DNA of 64,000 bases from Patescibacteria group bacterium (GTDB lineage Bacteria; Patescibacteriota; Patescibacteriia; UM-FILTER-42-10): positions 15,299 through 79,298 of the forward strand of contig JBAYGW010000001.1 of the NCBI GenBank assembly GCA_041666485.1. The letters are read 5' to 3'. Below the pieces are notes generated by a model. It was not told where the DNA came from and did not search any database. It saw nothing but the letters and a program-made list of their open reading frames with translations. Every line of letters starts with the position of its first letter. Position 1 is the first letter of the stretch. Shown piece by piece: positions 48,359 to 56,687 of the stretch. The position numbers and the translations under genes were made by a program.

Positions 48359-50137
48359 CTAAACTAATATTGCCTTAATTCTCCGAATTCCGGTAGAAAC
48401 TGCCTGTTCCTTTATAATTTTGAAGCTACCAAGTTCTTTTGTATTCGTTACGTGCGGTCCGCCACATATTTCCATACTGAAATCGCCTATTTCGTATACT
48501 TTAACCCTCTCGCCATATTTTGATTCAAAAAGTCCGATTGCGTTCATTTTTTTAGCTTCCTCAAGAGATATTTCTGTGAATTTTACCGGCAATTCCTTCT
48601 GTATCTGTTCATTTACGAGCCTCTCAACACTATCAAGCTCTTCTTCCGTCACCTTTCTCGGATGCGTAAAATCAAATCTCAGACGTTCTGAAGTAATATT
48701 GCTACCTTTTTGCGCGACATGATCGCCCAAAACAGTGCGAAGCGCTTTGTGCAGCAGGTGCGTTGCTGTATGCAGTCTTACGGTCTCACTGGAATGATCT
48801 ACCAATCCGCCTGTAAACTTTTTTTCCGCACCCTTCCGAGAGAGTTGTTGGTGTTTTTTGTATTCCACATCAAACTGTCCACGATCAATTTCAATATTAT
48901 GTTCTTTTAGCTCTTCTTCAATCATTTCAACCGGAAAACCGTACGTTTGGTACAAATAAAATGCTGTTTTACCTGAAAATATTTTCTTTTTTTGGTCAGA
49001 TATGCTAAAAATTCCCAACTCTTTTTCAAAGACTTTTAGACCATTTTGTAGTGTTTCAGTAAATTTTTTCTCCTCTTTTTCCATCTCATCACAAATAAAA
49101 TGCGCGCTAGCGATAATTTCAGGATACACCTCTTTGTGTGACTCAATTACTGCTTCTGCAATTTGCTTTGTAAAACTGGTTTGTATGCCTAATTTTCTAG
49201 CTTGTCTTATTGCTCTTCTAATCAATCTGCGCAATACATAACCTTGATCCATGTTGGAAGGTACTATACCTTCGTGCAAAATAAAGCAGGCGGATCTTAT
49301 ATGATCAACTACTATCCGCTCTGATCTGGTATTTGAATTGAGGGATAATTGGTGTAATTTTTCAAAAACTGGTCTGAAAATCTCAATATCAAACACAGAC
49401 TGCATACCGTTATATATTGCCACCATTCTTTCCATTCCCATGCCGGTATCAACATTTTTCTGCGGCATAGGTTCATACTCACCACTAATATTCTTTGTGT
49501 ATTCCATAAATACATCATTCCAAATTTCCACATATTTTCCGCACCCGCAACTCGGTTGACAATTCTCACTGCAGGGCTCTCGGTCAGTAATATAAAACAT
49601 TTCAGAATCCGGTCCACACGGTCCCGTAATCCCAGCGGGTCCCCACCAATTTTCATGTTTCCCATAAGCGTATATATTTTTTTCGGCAATTCCGTATTTT
49701 TTCCACAAAGCGTAACTATCCTTATCAAATGGCGCATCATCATCTCCTTTAAATACAGTAACAGCTAATTTCTCTATCGGGATATTCAGTTCCTTTGTCA
49801 AAAAATCAAAACTCCACTTTATCGCATCATCTTTAAAATAATCCCCTAATGACCAATTACCAAGCATTTCAAAAAACGTAAGATGCCAGTCATCTCCAAC
49901 TTCGTCAATGTCGCCAGTCCGAATACATTTCTGAAAGTCAGTCAGACGTTTGCCCTCAGGATGCGATTGACCCAGTAGATACGGTACTAACGGATGCATT
50001 CCCGCAGTAGTAAATAAAACCGACGGGTCATTTTCCGGAATCAAAGAAGCGGGCCTGATAATAGCATGCTTTTTCCTTCTAAAATATTCCAGAAATTTAT
50101 TTCGCAATTGAAGTTCATTCATATGATGATTGTACAA
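48359..50137 (-). CDS. alaS: Alanyl-tRNA synthetase, truncated form (catalytic + tRNA-binding + editing domains, no C-Ala domain)
   Basis: FTTAGMHPLVPYLLG, WGPAGITGPCGPDSEMFY, editing-domain HTATHLLH.. and CGGPHV. The protein ends at 592 aa. Confidence 0.85.
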   Translation of the reverse strand: MYNHHMNELQLRNKFLEYFRRKKHAIIRPASLIPENDPSVLFTTAGMHPLVPYLLGQSHPEGKRLTDFQKCIRTGDIDEVGDDWHLTFFEMLGNWSLGDYFKDDAIKWSFDFLTKELNIPIEKLAVTVFKGDDDAPFDKDSYALWKKYGIAEKNIYAYGKHENWWGPAGITGPCGPDSEMFYITDREPCSENCQPSCGCGKYVEIWNDVFMEYTKNISGEYEPMPQKNVDTGMGMERMVAIYNGMQSVFDIEIFRPVFEKLHQLSLNSNTRSERIVVDHIRSACFILHEGIVPSNMDQGYVLRRLIRRAIRQARKLGIQTSFTKQIAEAVIESHKEVYPEIIASAHFICDEMEKEEKKFTETLQNGLKVFEKELGIFSISDQKKKIFSGKTAFYLYQTYGFPVEMIEEELKEHNIEIDRGQFDVEYKKHQQLSRKGAEKKFTGGLVDHSSETVRLHTATHLLHKALRTVLGDHVAQKGSNITSERLRFDFTHPRKVTEEELDSVERLVNEQIQKELPVKFTEISLEEAKKMNAIGLFESKYGERVKVYEIGDFSMEICGGPHVTNTKELGSFKIIKEQAVSTGIRRIKAILV

Positions 50138-50153
50138 TATGCCATTGCTACTA

Positions 50154-51302
50154 TCAAGTAATCACTGCGCTGCCAATTAAGACCGTACTTTTATAAAAAA
50201 CGATTGATTGACCCGGGGTAATCGCTCTTTGAGGTTCAATAAATTCCGCGGATAATACATTATTACTGATTTTAGTTACTGTTAATTCCTGGTCCGTCTG
50301 CCGGTATCTGATTTTTGCCGTGCATTTAAGTGGAAATTTAGGCTCTTCGTCAATCCAATGAACATGGTCCGCAATCAGAGTTTTACAAAATAACTTTTGA
50401 TCATGACTCCCTTTGGCAACAATCAATTCATTTGCCTCAGTATCCTTTGTGACAACATAATAAGGAATTCCGCCGCCGATATTGATCCCTTTTCTCTGAC
50501 CGATAGTATAAAACGGCAGTCCGATATGATTGCCGATTATCTCTCCATCGGTTGTTCTAATTTTACCGGGGGTTTCCTTTAAACGTATCTTTAGAAATTC
50601 TTTAAGATCCACTTCGCCGATAAAACAAATCCCCTGGCTATCTTTTTTATCGTGTGTAGGTAAACCAATTTTCTTCGCAATTGATCTGACGGTTGTCTTC
50701 GTATATGCACCAATCGGAAATAATGTCTTGGAAAGCTGATGTTGATTAAGGGTGCAAAGAAAGTATGACTGGTCTTTATTAACATCCTTACCCTTTAATA
50801 ACTGATACGTGGTTTTACTCCTGCTATTTCTCACCTCCAGAATTTGAGCATAATGACCGGTTGCAATAAAATCCGCTCCCAGTGATAGGCACTTATCCAG
50901 GAATAATTTAAACTTTATCTCCTTATTGCACATGATATCGGGGTTAGGAGTAATCCCCTTCTTATAGCTTTTGTAAAAATAATCAATTACCTTCTCTTTA
51001 TACTCCTTTTCAAAATCAAAAGTATAAAATGGGATTTTAAGCTTAACGCAGACCTTTCTCATGTCCTCCTGGTCTGTAACCCATGGACAAAGATCAAATT
51101 TGTTTTTTAGTGCTTTCTCGTCACTTGGCATTGTCTCAGTCCAATTCTTCATAAAAACACCCACAACATCATAGCCGCGCTTTTTAAGCAAATAGGCGGC
51201 CACTGAGGAGTCAACCCCGCCGCTCATTCCGACAAACACCTTAAGTTTTTTAATCATTGTCTTTTTCATTTTCCCCCAATAACGCAAGTTTAGATATACC
51301 AA
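50154..51302 (-). CDS. mnmA: tRNA-specific 2-thiouridylase MnmA
   Basis: PP-loop VFVGMSGGVDSSVAAYLL and catalytic Cys residues. The true start is probably an internal Met near 51257-51269, because a terminator occupies 51301-51327. Confidence 0.9.
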   Translation of the reverse strand: MVYLNLRYWGKMKKTMIKKLKVFVGMSGGVDSSVAAYLLKKRGYDVVGVFMKNWTETMPSDEKALKNKFDLCPWVTDQEDMRKVCVKLKIPFYTFDFEKEYKEKVIDYFYKSYKKGITPNPDIMCNKEIKFKLFLDKCLSLGADFIATGHYAQILEVRNSRSKTTYQLLKGKDVNKDQSYFLCTLNQHQLSKTLFPIGAYTKTTVRSIAKKIGLPTHDKKDSQGICFIGEVDLKEFLKIRLKETPGKIRTTDGEIIGNHIGLPFYTIGQRKGINIGGGIPYYVVTKDTEANELIVAKGSHDQKLFCKTLIADHVHWIDEEPKFPLKCTAKIRYRQTDQELTVTKISNNVLSAEFIEPQRAITPGQSIVFYKSTVLIGSAVIT

Positions 51303-51327
51303 AAACCCGCCTGCATGGCAAGCGGGT
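51301..51327 (-). terminator. Rho-independent terminator ending the three-gene sigma-r4/HARE - membrane protein - ATPase operon
   Basis: The minus strand reads CCCGCUUGCC-AUG-CAGGCGGG (9-bp stem with 1 mismatch) followed by UUUUUGG. Confidence 0.6.
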
Positions 51328-51341
51328 CGTTAAAGTTTGGT

Positions 51342-53084
51342 CTACTGATCAAATTTAATACTCTGGCCGGGTTTTATCACGTGCTCAGAAACTGGATGTT
51401 GCGGAACACTGTCATCCGGGCTTTTTAGTTCAATTTTCGGCAGAGGTTTATTATTATTATTATTCACTTGATTGGTATAGTTGCTCTTCTTTTTCTTCTT
51501 CTTTCTTCTGCCGCCGTCATGATGCGGATTTGGATTTGACGATGTATTTCTTTTTGTCACGTCACTAAAAGATATCGGGCCTTGCTGCAAAGCATCATTT
51601 AAACGTATCTCCTGCGGTGACTCATTAATTACTGGCTCTTTAATTTCACTCGGTGTTTCTACGGGCTGAGTTTTTGGTTCAATAATTTTCAAAACTGATT
51701 TTATCTTAGGTGCCTCGTTACTTTTTTCATGCTGGCTCTGCGCCGCTACGGTTTGTTTTGGACTTGCATTATCACTTTCATTTTCAGCAATACCTTTATA
51801 CATTTCTTCAACACCACTCCATCTTAGAATCTTATCTTCAACTACTTTTACCGGCCTGGCGTATCTTTCACGCGAAGAAACAATAATTTTGTCTAAATTA
51901 CCTGTCTCCCCCTGAATTGGCGGTAAAATTGTCGCGCTAAAAGGGGCGGATGCGACTCCGTCAATCATCAATTTCAAATATACATTGTACTTCGGCAGGT
52001 TTACCAGATCATTTAACATAAAATACGGCTCAAATTCCTTTTCCAAAAATTCAGCATCTTCAGCACCGACGCGGAAACAAATAATCGTTCCAACGTTTCC
52101 AAATACTGCCGCTTTCACCACGTCGCCAAGCTGTTCAATGTATTGATGAGCAATCGTAAGGTTTAGTCTGTATTTCCGCGCTTCTGAAAGTATATTTGCA
52201 AAGCTTTCCGTGGAGAAGTTCTGAAACTCATCAACATACAGATAAAAATCTTCTCTTGTTTCTTCTGGAATGTCCACACGACTCATTGCGGCCAATTGAA
52301 GTTTTGTAATCATCATAGCTCCAAGCAGTGCTGAATTTTCCTCCCCGATTCTACCCTTCGCCAGGTTCATTAAAAGAATTTTCTTTGTATCCATTATCAC
52401 CCTCATATCAATAGTACTCTTGGGCTGTCCGACAATATTTCTAATAATTGAGCTTGATAAAAATTGACCGACCTTATTTTGAATTGGTGATATTGCCTCT
52501 GTTCTGAAGCGCTCATTGTAATTTGCATATTCATCCACCCAGAATGCCTTAACAATCGGATCGGTCAGATTGGATACAATTTTTTTTCGGTAATTTTTAT
52601 CAACTAAAAGTCTGGTAATACCCAGTAAGGTACTGCCGGGATTTTCCAGCAAAGCAAGAATTGTATTCATTAAAATATATTCAAGCCTCGGCCCCCATGA
52701 ATCAGCCCATATTTTCTTAAAAACTCCTACCAGACCGGAAGCGATCAGATTTTTGTATTGCGGATTAACTTCTTCCAGTATATTAAAGGCGATGGGGTGT
52801 TCGGTATCGGAAGGATTAAAATACACGACATCATTTATTCTGTTGGATGGAATAAATTTAATCACCTTTTCCACTGATTCACCGTGCGGATCAACTAAAG
52901 CGACGCCCCGACCCCTGTGAATATCCGATATCACCATATTTTCAATACAATTGGATTTACCAACACCGGTTTTTCCAATTAAATAAACATGTCTTCTTCT
53001 ATCATCTTCTTTAATTCCAAACCTTACTCTCTTGTTACGAAAGTTAGTTTCGGCGAATACTGTTATATCGTTATAATCCGGCAT
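51342..53084 (-). CDS. TraD/TrwB/VirD4-like P-loop ATPase (coupling-protein family) lacking transmembrane segments
   Basis: Walker A HVYLIGKTGVGKSN, then VALVDPHGE (TrwB_AAD_bind-like pattern), then Walker B plus TraG-D_C-like FYLYVDEFQNFSTESFANILSEARKYRLNLTIAHQYIEQL. The C-terminal roughly 150 aa are low-complexity (RRKKKKKKSNYTNQVNNNNN). Confidence 0.7.
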   Translation of the reverse strand: MPDYNDITVFAETNFRNKRVRFGIKEDDRRRHVYLIGKTGVGKSNCIENMVISDIHRGRGVALVDPHGESVEKVIKFIPSNRINDVVYFNPSDTEHPIAFNILEEVNPQYKNLIASGLVGVFKKIWADSWGPRLEYILMNTILALLENPGSTLLGITRLLVDKNYRKKIVSNLTDPIVKAFWVDEYANYNERFRTEAISPIQNKVGQFLSSSIIRNIVGQPKSTIDMRVIMDTKKILLMNLAKGRIGEENSALLGAMMITKLQLAAMSRVDIPEETREDFYLYVDEFQNFSTESFANILSEARKYRLNLTIAHQYIEQLGDVVKAAVFGNVGTIICFRVGAEDAEFLEKEFEPYFMLNDLVNLPKYNVYLKLMIDGVASAPFSATILPPIQGETGNLDKIIVSSRERYARPVKVVEDKILRWSGVEEMYKGIAENESDNASPKQTVAAQSQHEKSNEAPKIKSVLKIIEPKTQPVETPSEIKEPVINESPQEIRLNDALQQGPISFSDVTKRNTSSNPNPHHDGGRRKKKKKKSNYTNQVNNNNNKPLPKIELKSPDDSVPQHPVSEHVIKPGQSIKFDQ

Positions 53085-54504
53085 TTGTTAAATCGTCATC
53101 ATTAATTATTTCTATAGGAAGATTTTCCGGTATCCCCGCTCTTGGAACGGCCGGCGCACCAGAGGCTGACCTACCTGGCCTTTGCGGAGATATTCCGGAA
53201 GATGAAAATGCTTCTCTTGGCAATGTTGCCGGCGCACCACCTTTGCGGACTTCCGTTCTCTGCACCGGCGGGACTGTGATAGTTGCGATCGGGAAATGAT
53301 AAATACTCGCCAACTCTTCAATATTTAAAATGAATCCTGTTCCCATGCCCAAGTGATTGGCGCGTTTTTTATATGCTCTCAGAATTTTTTTCTTCTTTAA
53401 TGCAACACGCTTTTCAACCCGCCAGTAATCCGCTTTTGTCTTTGTCCTTTTGTGCGGTTTAAACGCATTCAAATTAAGAGTGTTGTACTGAAACAAAGCG
53501 CCTAATACCGGGCTGATGCCTCTGTTTTTATCAAAGATTTCTTTTTTACCAACATAGACAAGCCTGATTTTAGTTCTAAATGCTATTTTGGTCATTTTTT
53601 CCTGTATCGCCTCAATAACACTCCTGGCTCCCGGGGTTAAAAATTGCATTTCACTCTTTGCTTTGGTATCTGCTTTGCTGGTATCAGTACTTGATGCCCC
53701 GCCAAGAACCTGATTAACCGCCTCGTCACCAAAACCCTTCAGAGTACTTGTCAACGGCGAAAAAACTCCTTTTTTCTGTGCTGATTTTTCTCCGGCTAAT
53801 TTTTTGACCAACTGTGAGGCATTTTCCGTCCAGGAAGAATTTGCGGGTGTTATGACAATTTGAAGCCACGTTTGTTCACCCGGTTGCAAACGGGATAAAG
53901 CTTCCAATATTGATGCCATCGGATCGGCAAATGTCTGACTTAAAGTATGTTCAAAATTCTTATAGGTACGTATAGGATATGCTTCTTTTTTTGCCAGTGT
54001 AAATTCGGTACCCCATAGATCATATTCATCATTTGGAAATTTATTTTCCACTGAATCCGTATAATCACCCACCTCCGTTATTTCCGCATCCGGGTATTGG
54101 GCATAAATCGCCGATTCAATCAAATCTCTGTTGCTTTTGTCTGACCTGATCAGATATTGAATATATCCGTCAATACTGACTAATTCAAGCGAATAGCGTC
54201 CCTGGACTTTGCCCAGCCAATAACGTTCGTATTTATTACCCTTTGCCTCAATTGCATATAGATGCGCAAATATCTGTTCAACCGCAACCAGCGACTGCTC
54301 ATTTTCTCTTGGTATATCCAGTGCCAATAAAACCGGTTCCTGTGCGTCCCTATATCTTTGCCTTGCGCGCTCCAACCTCGCAATATATAGGCCGATTATC
54401 AAAAGGACTACCAGGGCAATCCAGCCACCATTCACAAAAATCCACCATGCAGCGGCAAGCGGATTCTGTACACCCATAGATGTAAAATCTAAAGAGATTT
54501 CCAT
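53071..54504 (-). CDS. Membrane-anchored protein (single N-terminal TM) with a Pro/Gly/Ser/Arg-rich C-terminal tail. No family recognised.
   Basis: TM LAAAWWIFVNGGWIALVVLLIIGLYIA, then a roughly 350-aa globular region, then a basic low-complexity tail. Its end overlaps the start of the ATPase gene by 14 nt. Confidence 0.55.
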   Translation of the reverse strand: MEISLDFTSMGVQNPLAAAWWIFVNGGWIALVVLLIIGLYIARLERARQRYRDAQEPVLLALDIPRENEQSLVAVEQIFAHLYAIEAKGNKYERYWLGKVQGRYSLELVSIDGYIQYLIRSDKSNRDLIESAIYAQYPDAEITEVGDYTDSVENKFPNDEYDLWGTEFTLAKKEAYPIRTYKNFEHTLSQTFADPMASILEALSRLQPGEQTWLQIVITPANSSWTENASQLVKKLAGEKSAQKKGVFSPLTSTLKGFGDEAVNQVLGGASSTDTSKADTKAKSEMQFLTPGARSVIEAIQEKMTKIAFRTKIRLVYVGKKEIFDKNRGISPVLGALFQYNTLNLNAFKPHKRTKTKADYWRVEKRVALKKKKILRAYKKRANHLGMGTGFILNIEELASIYHFPIATITVPPVQRTEVRKGGAPATLPREAFSSSGISPQRPGRSASGAPAVPRAGIPENLPIEIINDDDLTNAGL

Positions 54505-54510
54505 TTTAAG

Positions 54511-55668
54511 CTACTGATTAGGGATTGTTTCAGATACTTCCTGTTTAAGCGCATTGTGATTTAAAGTATAGCGTTTATCCGGAAGTTTAGTAAATTTAGT
54601 TTTATCTGTCAGCGCCAAATGGATGGTGTTTTTTCTTACAACCCTCTGGTCCAACACTCTGCGTACTAGCTCATCCCTAGTCAGCGGCTCGCTGGCTTTT
54701 TCCAGTATCTTAATCAGAACATCAGAAACCACGCCCGGCTTGTATCCCCATTCCTCTAATGCATAAATCCCGCGTCCAACCAAAACAAAATCATTATTTA
54801 ATATAAGTTCATTATGCACAGTCGGAGGATATGCTTTACGGCGGTCAAACTTAACTTTATTGATCAGTTCGGTAATATCATTGAAATGCAAGGGCTTACC
54901 CTCCTTTTTCAAAACCAAGTATATCTTATCTTTCATCCGTTTCGGATTAATTGACCCCCATTTCGCTAAACCATACTCATCAAAAGGATTACTATCAATT
55001 TTTTTACTCAATGTAATGTAGGAGTGAATACCTTCATCCGTCAGTAATTCTTTTTTATTGGCGTAGTATTCCGTGTGATGGAATTTGTACAAAAGCTCAT
55101 CCAGTTTCATCGGCTTGCCTTCCTTTTCCAGGATCTGTACAAGCTGATCAATTGTTTCATTAACGAAATCCAAAGATACGTGAGGTAATCCCCAGGATTT
55201 TGATACAGATAGTGATGCCGGGATACGCACAATTTTCATGGAAATCAATTCCTCCAGGATAAACACCGCGCAATTATTATTTAACGGGTTATCGGACGCA
55301 AAATTAAGCAACTCATGCAACAGCGAATGTTCGTCCATGATTCCACCATTATGCCCCAAAACATTTGAAATAGTATGTTCCAATTCTGAGGACATTTTAC
55401 TGAATTCTCTCAACCCTTTTATTTTTTTGATTGCCGAATTCTCTATCTGCCGAATTCGCTCACGAGTCACATTATAAGCCTTACCGATCGCCTCCAGGGT
55501 CTCTTTTGCTTGCCCACTCAAGCCAAAACGACGCCTCAAAACATCCTCTTCCTTATTTGTCAGATATTTAAGTAATGAAGAGACTGTATCACTGGGACTA
55601 AATCCCTCTATTTCCGCCTCCTGTTTTGAACTTATTACCTTATCTAGAATTGAATTTTGGTCTGTCAT
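54511..55668 (-). CDS. DNA-binding protein: sigma-70 region 4 HTH followed by three HARE-HTH-like winged-helix repeats
   Basis: LTNKEEDVLRRRFGLSGQAKETLEAIGKAYNVTRERIRQIENSAIKKIK parallels sigma70 region 4.2 (VTRERIRQIE is identical). Three repeats then follow of the form x-LxKEGKP-[ML]-xxxE[LI]..-G..W (IDQLVQILEKEGKPMKLDEL..YGLAKWG; KDKIYLVLKKEGKPLHFNDI..GIYALEEWG; SDVLIKILEKASEPLTRDEL..), like the RNAP delta-subunit N-terminal HARE-HTH. Confidence 0.6.
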   Translation of the reverse strand: MTDQNSILDKVISSKQEAEIEGFSPSDTVSSLLKYLTNKEEDVLRRRFGLSGQAKETLEAIGKAYNVTRERIRQIENSAIKKIKGLREFSKMSSELEHTISNVLGHNGGIMDEHSLLHELLNFASDNPLNNNCAVFILEELISMKIVRIPASLSVSKSWGLPHVSLDFVNETIDQLVQILEKEGKPMKLDELLYKFHHTEYYANKKELLTDEGIHSYITLSKKIDSNPFDEYGLAKWGSINPKRMKDKIYLVLKKEGKPLHFNDITELINKVKFDRRKAYPPTVHNELILNNDFVLVGRGIYALEEWGYKPGVVSDVLIKILEKASEPLTRDELVRRVLDQRVVRKNTIHLALTDKTKFTKLPDKRYTLNHNALKQEVSETIPNQ

Positions 55669-55697
55669 AATTGTTATATAATTATTCCAATATCTTC

Positions 55698-55726
55698 AGT
55701 ATAGCATAAGCTTGAATAAGTGTCAA
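55698..55726 (-). promoter_or_regulatory. Sigma70-type promoter (TTGACA-17-TATACT) for the three-gene operon
   Basis: The minus strand reads TTGACActtattcaagcttatgcTATACT, about 30 nt upstream of the ATG at 55668. Confidence 0.45.
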
Positions 55727-55745
55727 GAAAGTGGTCATAACAAAA

Positions 55746-55766
55746 AACTGTACAGTACAGACAGTT
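55746..55766 (-). terminator. Candidate terminator after secF
   Basis: The minus strand reads AACUGU-cuguacugu-ACAGUU followed by UUUUUUG. Confidence 0.4.
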
Positions 55767-55782
55767 GCATTGAAATTACAAA

Positions 55783-56679
55783 TTAATTTTTTGAAAACTT
55801 GTTATGCCAAAGCAATAACAGAGGGCTTGCGATAAAAATTGATGAATATGTACCAACGACTATTCCGATGATTAAAGCAAGTACAAAATACTTCAGCGAT
55901 TCACCTCCAAAAAGATACAAAGCAATTAATACTAAAAGTGTTGTAAATGATGTATTAATTGATCTGACCATAGTTTCGTTAATTGATTTATTGATTGTTT
56001 CCTCAAAGTCAGAGCTTGAACCTTTAACTATGCCTTCCCTGATTCTGTCATAAACAACAATTGTATCATGAACAGAAAAGCCTAGAATTGTCAGTAAAGC
56101 TGTAACAAATAATGCATCTAGTTGAACCCCTAAAAAGTATCCAAGCGCGGCAAAAACTCCTGTGACAATCAAAATATCGTGTGCCAGCGCAATTATCGCG
56201 CATACTCCAAATATATAAGCCGGAACCGGTCCTCCTGAGATCTTTCTAAATGCATAGGACAAATAGGCAATAATCGCCGCCATTACAAATAGGACACCGA
56301 CAATTGTCTTCTGCTTAAGCTCGTTACCAACCGTAGGACCAACTGACTCAAAACTCAGCTCATTTACTGTTCCGTAGTTCTCATTCAATTTGGCAAGAAT
56401 TTGTACTCTTGTATCATTCTCAATGGTTTTCATTCTTATCATAATATCCTTGTCCTTTACAGGCTGAACCACGACATCTCCAAGATTGAATTCATCAAGA
56501 ATCGCTTGTATTTCCTGCGCATTTGGTCTGACTCCGTCAAATTGTACCTGCAGTAACGATCCACCACTGAAATCAATGCCGAGCTTCAGTCCGCCCATGG
56601 AAATAAATACAATACTTGCCGTAACCAGCAACATTGAAATTGCATACCATACTTTTCTAGTGCCCAGAATATTATACAT
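55783..56679 (-). CDS. secF: Protein translocase subunit SecF
   Basis: GIDFSGGSLLQVQF and six TM helices. Confidence 0.9.
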   Translation of the reverse strand: MYNILGTRKVWYAISMLLVTASIVFISMGGLKLGIDFSGGSLLQVQFDGVRPNAQEIQAILDEFNLGDVVVQPVKDKDIMIRMKTIENDTRVQILAKLNENYGTVNELSFESVGPTVGNELKQKTIVGVLFVMAAIIAYLSYAFRKISGGPVPAYIFGVCAIIALAHDILIVTGVFAALGYFLGVQLDALFVTALLTILGFSVHDTIVVYDRIREGIVKGSSSDFEETINKSINETMVRSINTSFTTLLVLIALYLFGGESLKYFVLALIIGIVVGTYSSIFIASPLLLLWHNKFSKN

Positions 56680-56687
56680 ATTTGTAA

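Noticed and set aside
55741-55760. CTGTAC-A-GTACAG perfect palindrome
   Set aside because: A 1-nt loop cannot form a hairpin. The biologically plausible structure is the offset AACTGT/ACAGTT stem, reported as the secF terminator, not a restriction-site-like operator.
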